DNA from: Eledone cirrhosa
Taxonomy: Eukaryota
DNA: 64,000 nucleotides
Assembly (NCBI GenBank): GCA_964016885.1
Contig: OZ024749.1
Coordinates: forward strand, 48,112,001 to 48,176,000
Direction of reading: 5' to 3'
The position numbers and the translations under genes were made by a program. The notes beneath the pieces are model-generated. The model was given only the letters and a program-made list of their open reading frames with translations, had not been told where the DNA came from and searched no databases. Shown piece by piece: positions 47,650 to 62,168 of this stretch (positions within the stretch are counted from its first letter, which is position 1; every line of letters begins with the position of its first letter).

Positions 47650-47756
47650 AATTGTTTCTACGTTAGGCACAAGGCCAGCAATTTACCCAGTGCATTACTG
47701 GTACTTTATTTTATCGACCCCGTAAGGATGAAGCGCAAAGTTAACCTCGGCGGGAT
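47650..47756 (-). mobile_element. 5'-truncated SINE, family 1, inside (ATAAT)n
   Basis: Core and tail match; pentamer repeat on both sides. Confidence 0.8.
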
Positions 47757-49517
47757 ATAATATAATATAATATAATTTAATATAAACCATATGTTTATAT
47801 TTTCAGTTCTCACGGTCATATAGGAATAATAAAACTTTCGACATTATTTTTTCCAGATTTTATAAAAATCCTGAAGCAAATATTTTATTAAGGTATATCA
47901 GTTTCGACTATAAACTCAATACCTTATTTAGTGTTAATGGTTGAGTACTAAAAATTAAGCAACATGACACTGTTGGAAGCATTCGTTTGCTAATGTTCTT
48001 TGAAGTAGGAACATTTTGCTTGAGGCCATTTAGCTCAACCAACCTTCCACTGTTCTAATCATTTCTAGCTCGCTGTTGAAGCAAGCATTGAATCTTTCAT
48101 ATCCGTAGAGGGATAGACCTGGTAGAAGACTGAATGCTTTTACTTGTTAAGGACATTTAGACCCTACCATGACAAATATTCTTATTATAAAAGTAGAACA
48201 ATTTTCGGGCATTTTTATCATATTGTTTCAATATCAGTATTATATTCTGTTCGTTTAACATGTTTTATATCAGAATAAGTAATACTTTGTAATTATGTCA
48301 GTATAGTGTTTAGAACTTCCATTATAATGCCTGCATTTTAGAGGATATTATTTATGAATGAATTATAAGTTTGAATTCATCGTTTCACCTCTTATATATT
48401 CTAAAAAAGTATAGTTTAAATTTTTTTATATTATTGAAAAGTGGGAAATATATAAATTAAAATCCTGTATTTTATTAATTGTGAATTGTGTAATATGGTT
48501 ATAATATGGCAAGACATTGAATTATAAATCTACAATTGTAGGAGGAAACATCTTCCTCCGGATCTCCTCTCTTTGTTTTCTTTTTTATGTATGAACATCT
48601 ACGATTGTGTATATTTATCTAATTCATTGTTATTGTTTTTCTTATTATAAACTTTATTTTCACTTTAACAAGCTACATTGTGTTGGACGTAGATGTGATC
48701 TCTCACATAGAGAACAATATAGGCATATGTCTTTTCTATGCGTATACATTCCGAAAGAATCGATTACATACAAAATGTAATTACTTATGAGTGAATAAAG
48801 GTTTAATAATTTGGTAAACGTATATATTATATATTCGCTGATGTAGCTAAAGAAGCAGAAATTGAATAAATTGTACACTATTATATGCAAGAAAGAAACT
48901 TATTTGTATTTTACATTTTGTATAATTTACTAAAATCTAATAAATATGCATCTTAGAGACTATTGTATTTTGTAAAAGAATCACTAAAGCTGCTGGAAAT
49001 ATATTCAACGGTGGAAATTACCAATTCATATTTTCAACGGTATCATATTCAAACTAACGCTAAAATTATTTTCTGTACCAGCCACCCTCCAAACAACGGT
49101 TATTAATCGAAATTATCATATGTTCTCTAATTCTCTCAAAATACGATACCCATTGTAATAAAATCGCCTAAACAATTGTAAGTCAGGAATATATTAATTT
49201 CGAATTAACCTTTTCTGAATTATATCCATATGTCTAGACTTTAATTGCGTTTAATAAAATATAATTCAAGAATATGCAATATCAATCTGTCCTATCATCA
49301 GATTCGTAATATATATTTTTGCGTAAAATAAAATGTATTGTATGTTTCTAATGTTGTATGACTACAATGTTTTGTGTCAGGAAATCATGGTATTTCAGCA
49401 GCACGACTGGTGTAATAAAAATATTGAATCCTAATAACAATAGTGAAACTTGATTATATTGCGCGGTATATCAGGCAAATTGTTCAAATACATTATGCTG
49501 TTAAGAAAAATATAATA

Positions 49518-49695
49518 ATTATTTCTACTTTAGGCACAAGGCCAGCAATTATCCAGTGCATTACTGCTACTTTATTTTTATCGACCCGGTAAGGATGAAA
49601 GGCAAAGTCAACCTCGGCGGGATTTGAACTCAGATCGTAAAGGGACGTAACTATGCTGGAAAGCATGGCGTCCGGCCCTCTACTGATACTGCCAA
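49518..49695 (-). mobile_element. SINE, family 1
   Basis: Near full-length match to the 6262 copy. Confidence 0.85.
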
Positions 49696-50043
49696 AATCA
49701 TGTCACTCACATTGTACACATAATATCTGAAAGTTTTGCTTACTTTCATGTAATAGAAAGATGAACAACGTTATTTCATGTATAAAATTTCAAGTGCAAG
49801 GGAGGTAATAATAAAGAAACTATAGATGTGATGTTTTTAATTCAGGGCGTATAACTACTTTGTCTATCAGGTTCTAGTTTTGAACATCATTACAATTGTA
49901 ATCGTTGATGCGTTTGTATTGTTTTTCTTTCCTTCTGTGTTTCTGTTTCCCTGTGTATAGTTATATGGTGTATTAGTCTAGCGTACGTTACAGAAGACTC
50001 GTTACTAATAGATAACAATATATCCCCCCCCTCTCTCTCCCCT

Positions 50044-50156
<113 letters not shown>

Positions 50157-50358
50157 TTAGGAAAGTTGAGCTAAGCATATTTTAATGATTTGTCTTCCTA
50201 GAGTTAGTCTGTGGTGAGATTTGCTGTTGAAATTGCAATCATCCATTTATCGGTTTCTTCTTCACAAGTAAAAAACAATATGATATAAGATAATCACATA
50301 CAGACAGAAACACAAACACATACCCACAGAGAAAAAGATAGAGACACACGCACAATGG

Positions 50359-50403
<45 letters not shown>

Positions 50404-50417
50404 GTGTGTGTCTGTAT

Positions 50418-50463
<46 letters not shown>

Positions 50464-50605
50464 GTGTGTGTGTGTGTGTGTGTCTGTGCGTGTGTTCATG
50501 ACTATGTATCTCTATGCTGCTGTCTAAGTGCTTGTATATGGGGATATGCAACAAACACAATAACCAAAAAAAGAAAGGAAATGAAGGCAAGAAACATGTA
50601 CTTAC

Positions 50606-50755
50606 CCAGCACTCCAAGCCGGTAGTTAACAGTTACAACAATGACTTCGCCGAAGCTAGCCAACACACTTCCGTCGTAGACGTTTCCGCTTCCGGAATCG
50701 TACGACTCACCATGGATAAATACCATTACGGGCATAGGTTCCGTGTAGTTCCATT
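50606..50755 (-). CDS. NLGN: Neuroligin coding exon (150 bp, phase 1/1), cholinesterase-like domain
   Basis: Encodes [49 protein letters not shown](G), matching the neuroligin pattern PVMVxIHGxSY..[24 protein letters not shown]. Acceptor tttcag|AATGG, donor CTGG|gtaagt. Confidence 0.95.
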
Positions 50756-50917
50756 CTGAAATACATAATATTTGGAAGCATTTTAATAGCATGTCATATC
50801 ATATCTTACGCATATAAATAAATATAAACACACACACACACACACATACATACACACATATATATATATATTATTATATATATATATATAATTATTATAT
50901 ATATATATATATATAAT

Positions 50918-51104
50918 AATTGTTTCTAATTTTGGCACAAGGCCACCAATTACCCCAGTGCATTACTGGTGCTTCATTTATCGACCCCGTAAGGATGAAA
51001 GGCAAAGTTAACCTCGGCGGGATTTGAAATGTGAACGTAAAGGGCCGTAACCCTGTGCTGCAAAGCATGCCTGACGTTCTAGCGATAATGTCAAATCACC
51101 GCCC
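50918..51104 (-). mobile_element. SINE, family 1
   Basis: Full-length match to the 21201 copy. Confidence 0.85.
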
Positions 51105-51122
51105 TATATATATATATATATA

Positions 51123-51381
51123 TGATAATACGGGGACGAATGATTACTCATTCATTGCGTTTATTGGTTGGTGACGCGCGTTTTGCTACTGATCAACTCA
51201 AGGTTCGATCTGTATCGATCTAGCCCGACTCTAGAATCAATAGCTCTCCGGACCTCTGTAGTAGTAATCATTCTTCCTTGTATTGTTTAACTACGATCTG
51301 TCTTGATCTACAGCTCGATACTAACGTGAACCGAAACATCGAGTGCTCACCCGAGTGAACCTACAGTTACTCCGCCTTACA
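51123..51381 (-). mobile_element. Possible solo LTR within (TA)n
   Basis: Minus strand TGTAAG...AATAAA...ATTATCA, CpG-rich island between TA tracts; no target-site duplication confirmed. Confidence 0.35.
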
Positions 51382-51387
51382 CTCGCT

Positions 51388-51479
<92 letters not shown>

Positions 51480-54239
51480 GCTACGAGATGAATAACATCT
51501 GTGGACTTTATTTTTAAATATCTTTATAGAATACCATAATTTATTTTCTCACTATTTTGCAACATTAAATGTACCAGACTTGAGTCACCTCCTCGATATG
51601 GAAAGTACTAAGTGCAAGGTATATGACAGAATTACATGTAACTGTATTTATGTTTATAAATATATTGTGAGAAGTATTACACCACAATTTCATCGATTGG
51701 CTGTGTTTTTGTTTCCGGTAAAAGCTTTCAACTTATTAGTGGCATCAACACCAAGGCCCAGATTAAATGATGCTAAACTATCGATATATTGTGGCAAGGA
51801 AACTATATCAATATTTCAACCCAAACGAAAATAAGATGACCATGGAAATATCCTGGATCACTATCATATAATTTAAAAAGCGTATTTATCAATAAAATAA
51901 TAATTTCGCAGGAAGCATGGCGTGATTGCCTAAAGATTGGAAATATGACGTAAGACAAATATACATATATGTTGAAACAAAATAGAAAATAACGCTGCAT
52001 GAAATATTGAGATATAAAGACAGAGAGAGATGCCCGCAGAAAGACATATACATATATACTCTGTCGTCAAGTATGAACTTATTAGACATTTCTAAAAGAA
52101 AAGAAACCTCTACAAATTTCGTACTTGATGACCTGATATATTCATATAAAAATGCACATGTAACTCCACCTGATACACATACACCCCCCCCCACACACAC
52201 ACACACATACCCCCCACACACACATACACACACATACCCCCCCCCACAAACACACACACACACGCACAAACATACACAAACACACGCACACACACATATA
52301 TATATTATATGTATACATACATATTTGAGGAGCGTTATTCTTTTAGATATATTTTTTAGAATTTAGCATGTAGACACCTATGTCATATATGATCTTGACA
52401 ATGTTGTTATCCGATATATTCAGTGCCAAATGTCATATACTTTAAAGAAAGACTGATCATCTATGATATCTGGTGCCTCAAATGAAACTTTCAAGTTTTA
52501 ATAAACATACCTTTGCCAGCATCATTTAATACAATATAGGGAAATATAGTTTGAAGGAAAGTTTAGGGTGTATGAAGGTGGAGGGTTCGTAAATAAATAT
52601 ACAGAAGATCCATGGTTTTAATAAAAGTCACAAGAAATTAAGAATACATCGAGACTTATGCTAGAAAAATTGTGCATGTGTGTTGTTTAATGAAACCAGT
52701 CACTTTTTTGCGATGTGGCAGTCACTTTATCTTTTTCAATAACTGCATTTGATTCCATTCGAGTGTGGGCGTGTTGTTTGGTAAAACTGCTTATATCTGC
52801 TTTTGAAAGAGTTCGTTAGATTCAGATTATGTTTAAAATTATCTTAATTTAGAAACTTTCGAATGATAATCGTAATTCACAAAGGATTACTGCATTAAGA
52901 TTATATCAAAAGGCAATAAAAGTGCATGTGACACATTCACCTTAAGCTTCAAATACAGCAATTCAATTCCGTTAAGTGAAACTGTCACGGCGAACCAGAT
53001 TTGAAAAATATTCTTAACGCTATTGACAAACTCTATTAGATTGAAAGCAAGAGATTAACAAAAGTAATCATAGCATTTCTGTAAGATTGTCATGTGAAAT
53101 TAATTCATTAATGACAGACGTGCTTGGTTACACTAATTGTTCAGACCACTCGTTTTTATTACGTTTTGTTATTCCTCGTGATATAAAGTGTATATTTGCA
53201 ACAAGAACAAACAGAAAACGAAGTCTTCCATCAATATCTCTGCAAATGTCTTTATTGTTTCGGACATGCCACCTGCTTTTATTTGTAAATGAAAAAACAT
53301 TTAGTATCCAAGAATAAATTTTATTTTTGAACATCATACTCTCATTCTGTGATTTTTCTGGATGTCTTAACACTACCTAAATCCGTACATTAATCTGGTT
53401 ATATTACGAAATACTATATGGCAAATAAATGAATGAAAACAATAAAAGACAAAACGAACATCTTTTCATTATACTAATACAATTTAACTGATTTGAAAGT
53501 AGCTGAATGAAAGGATTTGAATAATAAATCTTCATTAGAAGGAAATACTTGAGCTATCTTTAACGATTAACTTAGATATTGGTTTCAATTTGATAATGCT
53601 CTTCAATTAAAGCAATCTTTGGCTTAATACTTCCTTCAGCATCAACTCATATTATCGTCATTATGTTCATGTCCCTACCGCGTGGACATTCAGCACATGC
53701 TTGTTTCTTATTCTTCGCGAAATATACTTCAAACCAGGAGTATTTTGTTTATTAGAAATGATATATTAGTAGCAATAAAACATAGTGATTACTTTACAGA
53801 AAGTCTTACGTATAATTATAGACTTTCAACATCTGAATATAAATAATTCATTAATAAAGGGAACCATTTCAAATAAGTTATTCTGTAGAACGTTTTACAA
53901 ATGAAAAGCTTGTATATAAATCAGCGGGTAATACAATATGCGGTAGTGATCACTCCAAAGGCTTACAAATCAAGTCGACACAATCAAATGAAGAAATCGT
54001 ATAAACTAAAGTTCACTCAATTCATTTAAACACAAATATTGAAAAACAATCCGTGTGATGTTTATACTATGGGAGAAATGTTACATTCTATAAGCTACAT
54101 TGTAAGCAGCTACATTGTAAGACGAAGTGTCTTTTGCTTATAACCCAGGATAATATGTGAGAATTCGAAATGAAATTAGATGATATATTGAACAATTTAA
54201 ATGACATTTCTATTTCTTCAACTTCTTCGTATAGTTGGG

Positions 54240-54480
54240 AGTGTCTTAGGGGCAGATTGCTCAAACACGCCTTTTAGCTGTTCCTGTCAGAAGTAGCTGT
54301 CTCTAATTGCTAGAGCGTGACAAGCTGAACTCCATGTGGTTCGCTGTCTGCCCTTGGTCTTCCTCAGAATTGTGTTGGGAGGAATGTTACTTGATAGAGT
54401 GCATAGCTCGGAAATCAGGAACTCGTTCCAAATAGAGTGACTGAAACGGTAGATCTCTGCTCCGATACTATGGATATGTG
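54240..54480 (-). mobile_element. Degraded RTE-like LINE 3' end (a second family)
   Basis: Minus strand ggaagaccaagggcagacagcgaaccacatgg approximates GRPRGRQRTTW with a frameshift. Confidence 0.5.
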
Positions 54481-55052
54481 GTTAGAAGAGTATTTCTTTG
54501 ATTTTGAAATGGACATAAACCAGAATAATTATGGTGAATATCATCAAACAATACTTATGCAAATTAAAAGAAAATCGAAAACATTTATTCAATGAAACTC
54601 CCATAAGCACAATTGAAATGGTTCCCAGACTGCAACTATAAGAACATTCCTACATTTAAAACACCATGATATTCAGTGGATAATATATAGAAGTCACCAG
54701 TATAACATATATTTATATATATTTTTCCTATATGGAACGTCGTGGTTTTAGAAAGGCGTCTAGACATTCTCAAGTAAATATATAATAGTTCATAATTGGT
54801 GTAGACGGTCATATAAAATATCTTGACATTTTGTTTGGCAATGAGGTAGAAATGAATGTATATGTGAAACACTTGGTACGATTATAACTTCAAGAAATGA
54901 ATGTCGCCGCAGAATGAAATATAATCAAGCCAACAAAGAGGAAGTTAACGAATCGCATCAATACAGCTTTAAATATCTTTGTTTGTATATATGTGCTTTT
55001 TCATGTGCTAATATAATTGTAAACATTTCTCTCGAGTTTCAACTTCATACGG

Positions 55053-55152
<100 letters not shown>

Positions 55153-55402
55153 CTTCTAACTTTAATTTAATACCTAATTGTCTATGGTTGACGATATATT
55201 TAATCGATTTCCACGTGCTATTGAAATGTTGGGTAAATATTCTATAGTGGTTGATCGCGAATAGATTGCTGTCGTTTATTTATCTACTATTTTTTCATAG
55301 GTGCATTTTAATCTTATAGCCTGGTTTATTTGGTTTTTGTGTGGTTGATTATGCTAATTGGTGTATATATATTATCAAATGATTCTATGGACATACTTTA
55401 GA

Positions 55403-55450
<48 letters not shown>

Positions 55451-56420
55451 GTGTAGATCTGTGTGTTTACATTGCCGAATATATTAGCAGAAACAATAAA
55501 ATAAATATTACTATTTAAATTAATTGTCTATTAGATGTTAATATATAATATAATTTAGACAGTATGATTGCTCTAAATTGGACAAGCCATTATGTGTATA
55601 GTTGTATTTTAAACATAAGTTTCTTTTATAATTGGAAGCGAAATTATACAAGTGAACCCTTTCACAATTTGTTTATCTATTAACTTTTAATCGGCATAGC
55701 TATTCGAGGATTCATACCACCTATGGCCAGATGAACAGTGGCACATATTTTGGAAGTAAAGGGGGAATATATTTGTAGGTCACCGACCAGCTCAACAATT
55801 CTTTCTAAGGTTGATGGTGAGTTCAAGCAATGTCAAAGATACTGTGTCAAAAAGGGCAACATATTATTACTTCGATCTTACTAAATTAGGAGATACTTCC
55901 AGCTAACCATTTTAAATATATGTAGCAGTTTTTCATTCTAATAATTCTGATTCCCTTTTAGTTAATATAATACACTACATACATACATCTAATTACATGA
56001 AGCAGAAATGATTTTCCTCCACCAATCATAGTTTCCCGTCAGAACGTCTACAACAATTATTGCAAAGTCTAGCAACACCAATCAATAGTTTCTACTTCAC
56101 ACTTGTATAAAAGTGCAAGAGTATTTCTATTTATACCCCATGGGTAATTAACATGAGCTGAAAACTGAAAGGTTCTATTTGAGAATTGTTATAAAAGACA
56201 GAAGCTATGTTATAGATAATTGAACTCGATTCTAGAAAATGACAGTTGGTCGTGGAAGCAAATTCTATTAAAAATCAAAATGATCTTTCATGATAATAGC
56301 TATATTTTGATATAATATAAAATTATCTTATATCCTATACTAGCACCAAAGAATTATCATTTTATCAAGATATTTGTTGTGCTATGATCTGCCAATATTT
56401 TTTATTCTCCCCACACACGT

Positions 56421-56495
<75 letters not shown>

Positions 56496-56852
56496 ACACG
56501 CACATGTATGTATGTATAGCCACTGTCACTCAGAGAGTGGGATTGGCTCAGTGCACAGTCTTTCCTCACTTTAAAATGAAACGTCACGCACAGGCATTGC
56601 ACGATAGAATTACTTAATAATTATTAATAATGGTATATCGTGAAATAGCCATACGCGATAACGAGGGGGCAGGCATCATCATGTATGTATGTATATATGC
56701 ATGTATTTATGAGTGTGTATGTGTGTATATATGTAAGTATTTATGTAAGTATGTGTGTGTATGCGCGCAATTACACACACACACACACACACATTCACTA
56801 AAATGTTCGTGTTGTCCTCCCAGTGTCTCTATGCTTCTTAATATAGTAGTAA

Positions 56853-57424
56853 AACAAATAACTGTTTCTTCATGTGGCACAAGGCCAGCAATTACCCAGT
56901 GCATTACTGGTACTTTATGTTATCAACCCAGTAAGGATGAAGTTAACCTCGGCGGGATTTCAACTCAGAATGGCAAGGACCGTAACTATATGCTGGAAAG
57001 CATGGTGTCTGACTCTCTACCGATACTGCCAATCCACCGAACAGATAATTGTTTCTACGCTTGGCAAAACGCCAGCAAATACCCAGTGTATTACTGGTAC
57101 TTTATTTTATCGACCCCGTACGGATGAAAGGCAAAGTTAACCTCGGCGAGATTTGAACTTAGATCATAAAGAGACCTAATTCTATGCTTCAAAGCTTGGT
57201 GGCCGACTCTCTACCAATACTGCCAATCTAGCGAACAAATAATTGTTTCTACTTTAGGCATAAGGCCAGCAATAACCCAGTACATTACTGGTACTTTATT
57301 TTATCGACCCCGTAAGGATGAAAGGCAAAGTTAACCTCGGCGGAATTTGAAGTCAGACTGTAAAGGGACGTAAATATACTAGAAAGCATATCTACCGATA
57401 CTGCCAATTCAGCGAACAAATAAT
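56853..57424 (-). mobile_element. Head-to-tail trimer of SINE family 1
   Basis: Three units of about 190 bp, each bounded by AACA(A/G)ATAA(T/C). Confidence 0.9.
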
Positions 57425-57499
57425 GATTGATAATAGAAGTAATCTTCAATAATATGGCCACAATCGAATCCAATTCTTAAAATAGGAAAATGATGCCAC

Positions 57500-57582
<83 letters not shown>

Positions 57583-57583
<1 letters not shown>

Positions 57584-57700
57584 TTTTAATATAGAAGAGC
57601 TTCTACAGGACTAGAAGTGTTTCATTCGTGAGAAATAATCAGGGAGCTGGCTGTCCAAGAAAATAGTGGTGTTTATATATTTTCTTTTCTGGTGGTAGGA
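57583..57700 (-). mobile_element. Family D-related pLTR-like sequence with mutated HHR (57597-57649)
   Basis: CAGCUCC CUGAUUA UUUC UCAC GAAU GAAACA CUUCUAGUCC UGUA GAAGCUC, then tatattaaaa as at 15300; TATATAAA upstream. Confidence 0.7.
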
Positions 57701-58164
57701 GAGGGTGAGGATTGGGATGGGTGGAGGTCATTGGTTGAAGGATTTAAAGAAAAGGGAGTTCATTAAAAGCTAATTCTTTAAAGCTATAGTATTAACAAAG
57801 TCAGAAAGAATACTGTAAACAAAATCAATTTGGAAAACCAATGCTAGTTTATCACTTAGACTAACAATGCCTGTAAGACAGGTGTCTATAGGATGGGTGG
57901 GGTTCAATTGTTTAAAGAAAAGATAAATTCTTTAGAAGCTAATTTTTAAGGCTGGAAAGAGGGTAACAAAGACAGAAAGGTTTCCATCAACATATTCAAG
58001 TGTTGGGGTGATGCCCTTTATTGTGAAGTTTCTCTTAATATATATTCCAGGTGTCGAAAAGCACATTCACACACTCGCCCACGTATACACGTACACACAC
58101 AAACACGCACGCAGACACACAGCAAACATACTTAATGGTACAAAAACGCATACACATATAGCAA

Positions 58165-58480
58165 CAACAAAAAATACTTACATCGGCATGACTTCCAATA
58201 AATTTAAGACCCGGTGGTGTGCCCATACCCACTCTTTCAGAAAAAACCGAACAAATTAAATCAGACAACACTCGCCTCCTATGTCTGGGACCTCGAAATA
58301 ACTCCACGCCTTCACGTTTAAAGTGGAAATACTCCAGAAAGCGCGCTCATACAAGGGAGGACACAAGTGCTGCGACCTTTGTATCTCAGAGAGCTACGAA
58401 ATATAATTTCCTTACGGCCCGCTACTAAAAAAATCTCTAAACACTGCGCGAATTACATGCACACAAACTTTGCAATTTTC
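58165..58480 (+). pseudogene. Penelope-like element GIY-YIG endonuclease remnant (frameshifted)
   Basis: KNTYIGMTSNKFKTRWCAHTHSFRK ... VWDL ... KWKYS/ILQKARSYKGGHKCCDLCISE across frames; fits YIG.T...FK.R...H..SF and C.LC..E. Confidence 0.75.
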
Positions 58481-58824
58481 AAATACCTTCAGCCAGAGAT
58501 AATGCCCAATATCTAAAAAAGATTCCCATTTTTTTGTTAAAATCTACTCGACTAAATACCCCCTCCAACTCTTTCCCACCCTACCCCTACCGCCTCTCGA
58601 CACGAAACACAGCAGTATGGTCTTGTAAGTACTTCTTACCTATCTGCTCTTTCCGCACGTAGAGCGTACCCCATCTTAATACTGTATACATGTGAGTGTG
58701 TATCTATGTATATTTATGAGTGTATGTATGTACGTATTTGTATGAGTGGCCGTACGATTGTATCCATATGTTTGTGTGTCCGAGCGTTAATATGTATTTA
58801 CGTAAATGTGTTTGTGTGTGTATA

Positions 58825-58865
<41 letters not shown>

Positions 58866-58912
58866 ATATATATGTATATATATATATATGTGTGTATATA
58901 TATATATGCATT

Positions 58913-58947
<35 letters not shown>

Positions 58948-58984
58948 TTGTATGTATGTGTGTGCGTATGCATGTATGCATATA

Positions 58985-59017
<33 letters not shown>

Positions 59018-59023
59018 TTGTAT

Positions 59024-59725
<702 letters not shown>

Positions 59726-59763
59726 ATGGGTGTGTATGTAGCTGTTTATATAGTGTTATGTTG

Positions 59764-59829
<66 letters not shown>

Positions 59830-60183
59830 ACAGGGAGAAAAAGCTGATTATTAGGAAGAAAAAAATAATTTTTTCCTTTTTATTTTTCTCTCTCTTTTTT
59901 CTGGGTTAGAAAATGATTAAAACGTAATATTTGACTTCGTGTGAAGTGTTAAGGTAATATTGATTTATTTATTAATTAACAATGGTATTTATTTACTTAT
60001 TTATATATTTAATTATTGTCTTTTACCGGTTTCAGCAATTTTATGTTTTTATGCATTATCAAATGATAATAATATGTATTGGTGTACAATAGTGTAAAAT
60101 ATATATATATTTGTGTGTGTATGTGTTTTCTTTTATATATGAATGCACGTGTGTATATATGTGTATATATGTATATGTGTGTG

Positions 60184-60264
<81 letters not shown>

Positions 60265-60300
60265 ATATATATATATATGTGTGTATATGTTTAGATATAT

Positions 60301-60345
60301 ATTTCGTTTCTGAATTTGTTGGCAACGTGACCCTCCCAAAGCATG

Positions 60346-60350
<5 letters not shown>
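60301..60350 (+). mobile_element. 50-bp internally deleted derivative of the family B copy at 14209-14450
   Basis: atttcgtttctgaatttgtt joined directly to ggcaacgtgaccctcccaaagcatgacaat. Confidence 0.75.
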
Positions 60351-60408
<58 letters not shown>

Positions 60409-60528
60409 CTATGTGCACATATGTGTATGTGTAAATATATATATGTAGTTTATTATATGAATAGAAACAGAGATGCAGTACACATGATATCGTTATTAGT
60501 TACAAACACATTATCTTCCATATTTATT

Positions 60529-60594
<66 letters not shown>

Positions 60595-60628
60595 TTACAA
60601 TAATCAAAGTTCTGTTTATGTCATTTAT

Positions 60629-60677
60629 TTGCTTACAATTGTTTCCTCCAAACCGAGGTTTGGATTCTTCGGAGCAA
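60629..60677 (-). ncRNA. Type I hammerhead motif, U4C variant (left arm)
   Basis: UUGCU CCGAAGA A UCCAAACC UC GGUUUGGA G GAA ACAAUUGU A AGCAA. Confidence 0.65.
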
Positions 60678-60873
60678 CTATTTACTGATCTATAACATAC
60701 TTGACCTCCTTTTCAACCCAAGAGATACATAAAACATATGCGCATATTGATCAACAGTGGGGTGACATTCATCATTTGATGAATGTCACCCCACTGTTGA
60801 TCAATATGCGCATATGTTTTATGTGTCTCTTGGGTTGAGAAGGAGGTCAAGTATGTTATAGATCAGTAAATAG

Positions 60874-60922
60874 TTGCTCCGAAGAATCCAAACCTCGGTT
60901 TGGAGGAAACAAATGTAAGCAA
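60874..60922 (+). ncRNA. Type I hammerhead motif, U4C variant (right arm)
   Basis: Same as the left arm except stem III ACAAAUGU; GUA triplet at 60915-60917. Confidence 0.65.
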
Positions 60923-61114
60923 ATAAATGACTTAAACTGAACTTTAATTATTGTAATCTCTATATAACTGCTCTGTAAAACAACTGATGTTATTACATTG
61001 AGCTATTTATCTTACTGGTAATAGGATAGTAATTAATGACTATATTTCACTATTTAGGGTTTGTGTATATATAATATATTACCATTAAAGGTTTTATTGC
61101 ATACATGACCATAA

Positions 61115-61127
61115 ATAGTACCCTTAA

Positions 61128-61161
<34 letters not shown>

Positions 61162-61167
61162 TTAAGG

Positions 61168-61174
<7 letters not shown>
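61115..61174. repeat. Inverted repeat, 16-bp arms around (TA)n
   Basis: atagtacccttaatac (TA)n gtattaagggtactat. Confidence 0.9.
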
Positions 61175-61204
<30 letters not shown>

Positions 61205-61208
<4 letters not shown>

Positions 61209-61466
61209 AAAAATTGAACAGGGACAGAACAGAGAGGCAGTACGACAAATGTTTATTAGATTCACGCTCAGGAGAGTGGGGGATAGGTGGAGGAAGACGT
61301 TTCGGGCATAAGCCCTTCTTCAGGTAAGAGTTCAAAAGGTGTGTAGGGGAGTGGTGGAGAGACATATAGCGAAAGGAAACGGTGCGAATGAAAAATTAAC
61401 AAATAAAGACAAAAATATAATAAATAATAAATAAAAATAAAGCATGATCATAATACAAGGAATGAG

Positions 61467-61470
<4 letters not shown>
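61205..61470 (-). mobile_element. Penelope-like pLTR fragment with HHR core at 61296-61323
   Basis: CUGAAGA A GGGC UUAU GCCC GAAACGUC, followed by AAUAAA; (TA)n on both sides. Confidence 0.65.
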
Positions 61471-61542
<72 letters not shown>

Positions 61543-62002
61543 GTAAAGGTCAAAGCTTAAACTAATAAACCCCAAGTAGGTAAATGTAAGGAGGTATTTA
61601 TAAAGCCATTAGATATCCGGAATGATCTTCAAAATCATTAATTGTCACAAATTATTATTTAGAAAGGTGAATTGAAGAAACTTTAAAATTAGAAGATAAA
61701 AATGTTATATCATATTTACTGAAAATTAGCGAACTTGATAAATTAGAGTATCACATTAATGTTTTGACAATGCAGACGAACATTTAATTAAGATAATATA
61801 TTGAAATGATTCGTTGCAATTAAAATTGTTGCCATTAACGAAAAGAAGAGTATGGAAAGTTATTAAATGATTCGAATATTTTCTTTTATTTTGTTTATTA
61901 ATTTTCATGTAAAGATATTTTCTACAATGGTTTCCTGGTGTGTTTTGAGTAATTATTTATTATTATTATTATTATTGTTGTTCTTGTTGTTGTTGTTGTT
62001 AG

Positions 62003-62168
62003 GTTGGTGGATTGGCGGTATCAGTAGAGCGTCTGAAACCATGGCCTTTTACATTCTGAGTTCCAATCCCGCCAAGTTAGCTTTGCCTTTCATAATTACG
62101 GGGTCGATTTAATCGTCTTTCCCCTCTCTCATAAATTGCTGGCCTTGTGCCTAAGTAAGAAACCATTC
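62003..62168 (+). mobile_element. Diverged SINE, family 1
   Basis: ggtggattggcggtatcagtagag..gagttccaatcccgcc..ctttgcctttcat..ggccttgtgcctaagtaagaaac. Confidence 0.75.

Larger units (their letters stand above)
60592..60959. repeat. Near-perfect palindrome (about 183-bp arms, loop of 2-3 nt) next to (TA)n, with one HHR motif per arm
   Basis: Centre cattcatca ttt gatgaatg; arms differ at only a few positions. Confidence 0.95.

Noticed and set aside
56853-57424. Repeat arrays here and at 14711-14926 as CRISPR; SINE heads as tRNA genes
   Set aside because: Eukaryotic context with no unique spacers or cas genes; the SINE heads have A/B boxes but no full cloverleaf
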